Shown: in pieces, positions 1 through 5,581 of the stretch
How the letters are laid out: each line of letters opens with the position of its first letter
Numbering within the stretch: position 1 is the first letter of the stretch
Assembly: GCA_038245905.1 (NCBI GenBank)
Contig: JBBRRY010000053.1
Coordinates: 1-14,843 of the forward strand
Length of the DNA stretch: 14,843 bases
From: Thermoanaerobaculia bacterium
GTDB taxonomy: Bacteria; Acidobacteriota; Thermoanaerobaculia; UBA5066
Direction of reading: 5' to 3'
Notes under the pieces: model-generated
Database searches by the model: none
What the model was told of the DNA's origin: nothing
The model's input: the letters and a program-made list of their open reading frames with translations, nothing else
Made by a program: the position numbers and the translations under genes

Positions 1-1
1 C

Positions 2-2974
2 GCGATCGCGAAGTACGGCGTCACCGGCCGCGGCGTCATCGTCGCGCTTCTCGACCGTGGAATCGACTGGAAGAACGCGGACTTCCGGAACGCCGACGGG
101 ACGACGCGGATCGCGTACATCCTCGATTTCACGGACAACTCGGGCGCCGCTTCGAGCGGCGTCGGCCGGGGAACGCTCTACACGCGCGCACAGATCAACG
201 CGGCCCTTTCCGCGGGGACGAACCTCGCCACGCGCGACGCGGTCGGGCACGGCACGGTCACGGCCGGCATCGCGGCGGGCAACGGCCGCAACGTCGCCAA
301 GTACCGGGGCATCGCACCGGACGCGACGCTCATCGTCGTCAAGGTCACGTCGGACGGCGCGCCCGCCCACGACGGCGAGGCCGCCGAAGCCGGATTCAAC
401 GACGCGACGACGTTCCCGGTCGCGATCGACTTCGTCAAGGCCAAGGCGCGTGAGCTCGGCCTGCCGGCCGTCATGCTCCTGAACCTCGGCTCGCAGGGCG
501 GGCCGACGGACGGGACGAGCTCGCTCGCCACGAAGATCGACGCTTCGGTCGGGCCCGGCATCCCCGGCGTGGTCTTCGTGACGGGGCCCGGGGACGACGG
601 CGGGATGGCGAACCGCGCCGGCGGAAACGTCGCGCAAGGCGGCACGGAGTCGATCCGCATCCGGAAGGGACTTGCGAGCCCGATGATCGTCGACCTCTGG
701 TACCCGGGCGCGGACCGCTTCGACGTGACGATCCAGACGCCGACGACGACGTACGGCCCGTACGCCGCGCCCGCCACGAACGCGGACACCGCGTTGATCC
801 AGAACGCGGACTTCGCTTTCTACCATCACGGCTCGTCGCGCGTCTTCTACGGCGGCCAGAACGGCAAGCGCGAGATCTGGCTCCGGCTCGACGGCCCGAC
901 CGGCGACTACACGCTGTCCCTCCGCGGAACGACGGTGACAACCGGGCACTTCGACGCGACGATGAACCCGTCGCAGGAGTGGAGCTCCGCGAACGTGAAC
1001 TTCTTCCTCGATCACGTCGCACCTGGCAACATCTGGGACGGCGCGGCTGCCCGGAACAACGTCTCGCCGACCGACTACGTCCTCCGGAACAGCTACGTCG
1101 ACCTCGACGGAATCGCCCGGACGATCACCGGGCAAGGGTCGATCGGCGGGATCTGGCCGGGCGCCAGCACCGGGCCGACGTTCGACGGGCGGCTCGGGAT
1201 CGACGTCGCCGCGCCGGGCAACAACCTCTTCGCGACCTACGCACCCAAGTCCGAGTTCGGCACCGCGCGCTCGAACTACATTCAGGATGGCCTCGGCTTC
1301 TACGGCCGGCAGAGCGCCGTGAGCGCGGCCGCGCCGATCGTCACGGGAATCATCGCGCTCATGCTCCAGGCGAATCCGGCGCTCGACGCGCCGACCGTGA
1401 AGTCGATCCTGCAGCGGACTGCCCGCGCGGACTCGTTCACGGGCGCCGTCCCGAACGCGACGTGGGGATCCGGGAAGGTCGACGCCCTGGCGGCTCTCGA
1501 CACGGTCGCGGCGTCGTCGCTCTTCGTCCCGATCGTGCTGTCGTCCGGGGGCGCGCACAACTCCTTCTTCACGACCGAGATGGCTCTCACGAACCGCGGG
1601 ACGACGGACGCGGCGGTCACCTACACCTACACGGCAGCGTTCGGAGGCTCGAGCGGAAGCGCCGCGGACATGGTCGGCGCGGGGCGACAGAAGCTCGTGC
1701 CCGACGCGATCGTATACCTGCGAAATCTCGGCATCCCGCTCGGCGACGCCGGAAACCGCGGAGGCACGCTGCGCATCGGGTTCACCGGGCTGTCTGCGCC
1801 GAACGCAGCGGCTGCCACCGTGCGCACCGCGACGCCCGTCGCGGACGGCCGCGCGGGTCTCGCCTACTCCGGCCTGCCCTCGACACGTCTTCTCGCCGCT
1901 CCCATCTATCTCTGCGGACTCCGCCAGAACTCCTTCGACCGTTCCAACGTCGCCGTCATGAACGCCGGCGCCGCGGGAGACGGAGACGTCACCCTGCGCC
2001 TGACGGTGGTCTCGGGCGATCCGGCCCACCCGCAGACGCAGGCTCTCCCCGACATCGCGCTCGCGCCTGGCGGCTTCAGCCAGGTATCGGGCATCCTCGC
2101 GTCCAACGGACTCAACATGTCGAACGGGTACGTGAAGGTCGAGCGCGTCTCGGGCAGCGCGGCCTTCTATGCGTACGGCGTCATCAACGACCAGGCGAAC
2201 TCCGACGGCTCCTTCGTCGAGCCCGTTCTCGCGAGCCCGGCGGCCGCGGTATCGGCCGCGACGCTTCCCGTCGTCGTCGAGACGAGCGCGTTCTCGACCG
2301 AGCTCGTCATCACGAACTTCTCGGCGAGCGGGCGGACGCTTCACCTGACCTACGTCACGGGCGCGCTCTCTGGCGGCGCCGCGAACTTCAACATCACGCT
2401 CCTTCCCAACGAGCAGCAGATTCTTCCGGCCTTCGTGCAGGTTCTCCGCGACCGCGGGGTCATCGCGGGGGCTCCCGGCCCGACGTTCGCGGGCGCTCTC
2501 TTCGCGACGGACCAGACGGGCGACCTCCGGGGCGTCTCGATCGGAGCCCGCACGTCCTCACCCGGGGGCGGCGGCCGGTACGGCCTCTTTTATTCGGCCG
2601 TGCCCGCCGGTGCGGAGGCGACGACCGTCGCGTGGCTCTACGGGCTCCAGCAGAACGCCGACAACCGGACGAACCTCGCGCTCGTGAATGTCGGATCCGC
2701 CGACGGCTCGACGGACGGGTTCCACATCGACCTCTACGACGGCGACACGGGACAGAAGGCCGGCGAGACGGACGCGGCCGTCCCCGCGAAAGGCTTCTTC
2801 CAGATCGGAACGATCCTCGCGGCGTACGCACCCGGCGTGACGAGCGGCTACGCGCTCGTCACGCGTACCTCGGGTGGCAACCCGTGGGTCGCTTACGCGG
2901 TCATCAATGACGGCGGCCAGCCCGGGCAGAGGAGCGGCGACGGCGCCTTCGTGTCGGCGGTGGTCGGGCCCTGA
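2..2974 (+). CDS. S8 subtilisin-family peptidase, CspA/CspB-like with an inserted domain, plus a C-terminal beta-rich repeat module; 5' end lies outside the window
   Basis: Frame +2 is open from base 2, upstream of the track's ATG at 473: AIAKYGVTGRGVIVALLDRGIDWKNADF. Catalytic Asp at 53-55, His motif HGTVTAGIAAGNG at 248-250, then YRGIAPDATLIVVK, STGPTFDGRLGIDVAAPG, Ser motif SAVSAAAPIVTGIIAL (Ser 1322-1324) and PNATWGSGKVDA. An insert of about 140 aa (~614-1027) interrupts the catalytic domain, as in Csp proteases. Confidence 0.92.
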   Translation, partial: AIAKYGVTGRGVIVALLDRGIDWKNADFRNADGTTRIAYILDFTDNSGAASSGVGRGTLYTRAQINAALSAGTNLATRDAVGHGTVTAGIAAGNGRNVAKYRGIAPDATLIVVKVTSDGAPAHDGEAAEAGFNDATTFPVAIDFVKAKARELGLPAVMLLNLGSQGGPTDGTSSLATKIDASVGPGIPGVVFVTGPGDDGGMANRAGGNVAQGGTESIRIRKGLASPMIVDLWYPGADRFDVTIQTPTTTYGPYAAPATNADTALIQNADFAFYHHGSSRVFYGGQNGKREIWLRLDGPTGDYTLSLRGTTVTTGHFDATMNPSQEWSSANVNFFLDHVAPGNIWDGAAARNNVSPTDYVLRNSYVDLDGIARTITGQGSIGGIWPGASTGPTFDGRLGIDVAAPGNNLFATYAPKSEFGTARSNYIQDGLGFYGRQSAVSAAAPIVTGIIALMLQANPALDAPTVKSILQRTARADSFTGAVPNATWGSGKVDALAALDTVAASSLFVPIVLSSGGAHNSFFTTEMALTNRGTTDAAVTYTYTAAFGGSSGSAADMVGAGRQKLVPDAIVYLRNLGIPLGDAGNRGGTLRIGFTGLSAPNAAAATVRTATPVADGRAGLAYSGLPSTRLLAAPIYLCGLRQNSFDRSNVAVMNAGAAGDGDVTLRLTVVSGDPAHPQTQALPDIALAPGGFSQVSGILASNGLNMSNGYVKVERVSGSAAFYAYGVINDQANSDGSFVEPVLASPAAAVSAATLPVVVETSAFSTELVITNFSASGRTLHLTYVTGALSGGAANFNITLLPNEQQILPAFVQVLRDRGVIAGAPGPTFAGALFATDQTGDLRGVSIGARTSSPGGGGRYGLFYSAVPAGAEATTVAWLYGLQQNADNRTNLALVNVGSADGSTDGFHIDLYDGDTGQKAGETDAAVPAKGFFQIGTILAAYAPGVTSGYALVTRTSGGNPWVAYAVINDGGQPGQRSGDGAFVSAVVGP
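1517..2971 (+). repeat. Internal protein-level duplication A-B-A'-B' forming the C-terminal module of the subtilase
   Basis: A/A' pairs: FFTTEMALTNRG vs FSTELVITNFS, and RTATPVADGRAGLAYSGLP vs RTSSPGGGGRYGLFYSAVP. B/B' pairs: YLCGLRQNSFDRSNVAVMNAG vs WLYGLQQNADNRTNLALVNVG, and GYVKVERVSGSAAFYAYGVINDQANSDGSFV vs GYALVTRTSGGNPWVAYAVINDGGQPGQRSGDGAFV. Confidence 0.85.
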
Positions 2975-2992
2975 GACGACGGCCGCCGCCCC
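2973..2992 (-). terminator. Possible minus-strand hairpin just downstream of tRNA-Arg
   Basis: The minus strand reads GGGGCGGC-GGCC-GTCGTCTC, an 8-bp stem with three G-U pairs that folds well only on this strand. There is no U-tract, so a terminator role is weakly supported. Confidence 0.25.
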
Positions 2993-3001
2993 GAACGAGA
3001 A

Positions 3002-3078
3002 TGGTGCGCCCGAGGCGATTCGAACGCCTGGCCTTCAGATCCGGAGTCTGACGCTCTATCCAGCTGAGCTACGGGCGC
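3002..3078 (-). tRNA. tRNA-Arg, anticodon CCG
   Basis: Reverse complement GCGCCCGTAGCTCAGCTGGATAGAGCGTCAGACTCCGGATCTGAAGGCCAGGCGTTCGAATCGCCTCGGGCGCACCA. It has a 7-bp acceptor stem, anticodon arm TCAGA-CT-CCG-GA-TCTGA, T-loop TTCGAAT and an encoded CCA. Confidence 0.97.
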
Positions 3079-3108
3079 ATACGGGGCTTTGAAACACCGT
3101 GAAAAAAC

Positions 3109-3185
3109 TGGGGTGAGAGACGGGGGTCGAACCCGCGACATTCGGAACCACAATCCGACGCTCTACCGACTGAGCTACTCCCACC
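3109..3185 (-). tRNA. tRNA-His, anticodon GTG, with encoded G-1
   Basis: Reverse complement GGTGGGAGTAGCTCAGTCGGTAGAGCGTCGGATTGTGGTTCCGAATGTCGCGGGTTCGACCCCCGTCTCTCACCCCA. Anticodon arm TCGGA-TT-GTG-GT-TCCGA, the G-1:C73 His identity pair and an encoded CCA are present. Confidence 0.97.
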
Positions 3186-3204
3186 GCACTCGATCGGACC
3201 GCGA

Positions 3205-3213
3205 AGAATAGCA
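3205..3213 (-). promoter_or_regulatory. Extended -10 promoter for the tRNA-His/tRNA-Arg pair
   Basis: The minus strand reads TG-C-TATTCT followed by a GC-rich discriminator (TCGCGG), 19 nt upstream of tRNA-His G-1. Confidence 0.55.
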
Positions 3214-3261
3214 GAATCGGCGCGACGCCTGACTCGCGCATGGCGCGCCGTGCCCGCCCGG

Positions 3262-3267
3262 TAAGAT
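3262..3267 (+). promoter_or_regulatory. Putative -10 element of pheA (very short leader)
   Basis: TAAGAT lies 10 nt before ATG 3278. The intervening GCTCCCCCCC contains no Shine-Dalgarno sequence. Confidence 0.45.
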
Positions 3268-3277
3268 GCTCCCCCCC

Positions 3278-4450
3278 ATGGACACCCTCGACGACCTGAG
3301 ACGGCGGATCGACGAAACGGACCGGCAGCTCCTCGAGACGCTGGCGCTCCGCCTGAAGTTCGTCGCGGAGGTCGGGCGGCTGAAAAGCAAGGGCGTCCCG
3401 TTCCTCAGAGACCACGCAAGAGAGAGCGAGCTCCTCGGGAAGATCGAAGCCCAGGCCCGCGAGATGGGCCTCGACCCCTTCCGCGCCACGGAGATATTCC
3501 GCGAGGTCATCGCGATGTCCGTGAAGGCGCAAGAGGAAGCGCTCCTCGACCGCAAGGCCGCCGAACGCTCCCTCGGAAACGCGCACCGCGTCGCGTTCCA
3601 GGGTGCCGAGGGCGCGTACAGCCACATCGCAGCCCGCAAGTATTTCGGCGCGTCCGCGACAACGTTCGCCGGCTTCCCGACTTTCAAGGCGGCGCTCGCC
3701 GAGGCGGAGCGCGGCGACGCGGGCTACGCGTTCCTCCCGATCGAAAACACGACGGCTGGATCGATCAACGAGACGTATGACCTCCTCCGTCATACGGACC
3801 TGAAGATCGTCGGCGAGGAGATCCTCGAGGTGCGCCACTGCCTCCTCGCCCTCCCGGGCGCGACGCTCGCGGGAGTCCGCCGCGTCGTCTCGCATCCGCA
3901 GGCTCTCGCGCAGTGCACCCGATTTCTCGCGGAGCTTCCGGGGGTGACCGCAGCGCCTTTCGTCGACACGGCGGAGGCCGCGCGCCACGTGAAGGAGACC
4001 GGCGACCCCTCGCTCGCCGCAATCGCCTCGGAGGAAGCCGGCGGTCTCCACGGGCTTTCGGTCCTCGCCCGCGACATCGCCGATCAGGAGGAGAACTGGA
4101 CGCGCTTCGTGGTCGTCTCCGCGCTGACGTTGACGCCCGACCCGCGCATCCCGACGAAGACCTCACTCGTCTTCTCGGCGCCCCATCGCCATGGCGCGCT
4201 CGCGCATTGCCTGAACTCTCTCGACGCCCACGGCCTCAACCTCACGAAGCTCGAGTCGCGCCCCGTGCCGCGCCACCCGTGGGAGTACCTCTTCTACGTG
4301 GACTTCGAGGGCGCGGACACCGAGGACGCGGCCGCGCGGGCCATCGCGTCTTTGACCGCCGAATGTCCGTACCTCAAGGTCCTCGGCTCGTACCCCGCCC
4401 GCACGACGAAGAAGGGGCGCGTGGACCGCCTCCCGGAGGCCGCCCCGTGA
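3278..4450 (+). CDS. pheA: Bifunctional chorismate mutase / prephenate dehydratase (P-protein) with ACT domain
   Basis: AroQ domain LDDLRRRIDETDRQLLETLALRLKFVAEVGRLK...RDHARE...SVKAQ. PDT motifs VAFQGAEGAYSH, LPIENTTAGSI, SHPQALAQC and ENWTRF. ACT motifs GAL, NLTKLESRP and WEYLFYVDFEG. I prefer ATG 3278 over the track's 3266, which overlaps the -10 box. Confidence 0.95.
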   Translation: MDTLDDLRRRIDETDRQLLETLALRLKFVAEVGRLKSKGVPFLRDHARESELLGKIEAQAREMGLDPFRATEIFREVIAMSVKAQEEALLDRKAAERSLGNAHRVAFQGAEGAYSHIAARKYFGASATTFAGFPTFKAALAEAERGDAGYAFLPIENTTAGSINETYDLLRHTDLKIVGEEILEVRHCLLALPGATLAGVRRVVSHPQALAQCTRFLAELPGVTAAPFVDTAEAARHVKETGDPSLAAIASEEAGGLHGLSVLARDIADQEENWTRFVVVSALTLTPDPRIPTKTSLVFSAPHRHGALAHCLNSLDAHGLNLTKLESRPVPRHPWEYLFYVDFEGADTEDAAARAIASLTAECPYLKVLGSYPARTTKKGRVDRLPEAAP

Positions 4451-5568
4451 TCGTCCTCGTCGACGAAGCCACTGCGAAGAGCGCCCCAGCGGAAAAGGAG
4501 CTCCTCGACACCCTCGGGCGGCTGCCCGGGATCGAGATCCGCGTCCATCGCGTCAAGGGCGCCGAGAAGACCGTGACCGAGGTCTACCTGATCGGCGACA
4601 CGCACCGCCTCGCGCTCGAGGACGTCGCGGCGATCCCCGGCATCGAGCGCGTGTTCCGCGTCTCCGAGGAGTACCGCGTGATCGGCCGCCACAAGGACGA
4701 CCGGCGGACGGGCGGCTTCACGTACAACGGGGTCGAGTTCTCGCAGGACACGCTGCACGTCTTCGCGGGCCTCTGCGCGGTCGACACCCCCCAGAACGCC
4801 GAGGCGATGTTCGCGGCGCTTGCTTCGTTCGGCCAGGTTTGCACGCGGATGGGCGCGTACAAGCCGCGGACGAACCCGTATGCGTTCCAGGGGCACGGCA
4901 AGGAGTGTCTTCCGTGGGTCTTCGAGAAGGCGGGCAAGCATGGGATCCGCGTCGTCGCGATGGAGGTCACGCACGAGAGCCACGTCGACGAGATCGCGGA
5001 ATGCCTCGAGAAGACAGGCCGCCCGACGGGCGTCATGCTCCAGATCGGGACGCGCAACATCCAGAACTTCGAGCTCCTGAAGGCCGTCGGCCGGCAGAAG
5101 GAATTTCCCGTCCTCGTGAAGCGGGGCTTCGGGATCACGCTGAACGAGTCCCTGAACGCGGCGGAGTACCTCGCCTCGGAGGGCAAGACGCAGATCGTCT
5201 TCTGCCTGCGCGGCGTCAAGACGAACCTCGGCGACCCGCACCGCAATCTCGTGGATTTCTCGCACGTGCCCGTCATCAAGCGCCTCACGCGCCTTCCGGT
5301 GTGTATCGACCCCTCGCACTCGGTCGGCTCGCGCGACCGCGCGCCGGACGGCATCCTCGACCTCATGCACGTCACGGCGCAGGGTGTCGTCGCGGGGGCG
5401 AACATGGTGCTCGTGGACTTCCACCCTCACCCCGCGAAGGCCGCCGTAGACGGCCCTCAGGCTTTGCTCCTCTCAGAGCTCGGATGGTTCCTCGAGGACG
5501 TGGCCCTCGCGCGCGAGACGTGGGAGAAGCGCTGCGCCCTCGCAAAGAGGCACGCGGCCGCGGGATAG
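4447..5568 (+). CDS. aroF: 3-deoxy-7-phosphoheptulonate (DAHP) synthase, type I-beta, with N-terminal regulatory extension
   Basis: GTG 4447 overlaps the pheA stop (GTGA). Motifs are AGLCAVD, GAYKPRTNPYAFQG, QIGTRNIQNFELLK, PVLVKRG, IDPSHS, AGANMVLVDFHP and DGPQ. KPRT points to DAHP rather than KDO8P synthase (KANRS). The track's 3913 start only adds a shadow extension inside pheA. Confidence 0.88.
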   Translation: MIVLVDEATAKSAPAEKELLDTLGRLPGIEIRVHRVKGAEKTVTEVYLIGDTHRLALEDVAAIPGIERVFRVSEEYRVIGRHKDDRRTGGFTYNGVEFSQDTLHVFAGLCAVDTPQNAEAMFAALASFGQVCTRMGAYKPRTNPYAFQGHGKECLPWVFEKAGKHGIRVVAMEVTHESHVDEIAECLEKTGRPTGVMLQIGTRNIQNFELLKAVGRQKEFPVLVKRGFGITLNESLNAAEYLASEGKTQIVFCLRGVKTNLGDPHRNLVDFSHVPVIKRLTRLPVCIDPSHSVGSRDRAPDGILDLMHVTAQGVVAGANMVLVDFHPHPAKAAVDGPQALLLSELGWFLEDVALARETWEKRCALAKRHAAAG

Positions 5569-5581
5569 TCCGGCCGTCCGT

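Noticed and set aside
2975-3030. tRNA-Arg 3' end as an integration site for an island containing the subtilase
   Set aside because: I saw no integrase and no duplicate of the tRNA 3' end in the window, and the subtilase has host-like high-GC codons. An att copy further left cannot be excluded.
2893-3153. ORFs 2874-3092 + and 2893-3153 - crossing the tRNAs
   Set aside because: They are translations of tRNA sequence (e.g. APVAQLDRASDSGSEG), not proteins.
3218-3250. Inverted repeat CGGCGCG...CGCGCCG between tRNA-His and pheA
   Set aside because: It is only 7 bp, entirely G/C, with a 19-bp gap, which is expected by chance.
3913-4446. N-terminal extension of the 551-aa DAHP synthase ORF
   Set aside because: It overlaps pheA in another frame. 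GTG 4447 coupled to the pheA stop explains the gene better.
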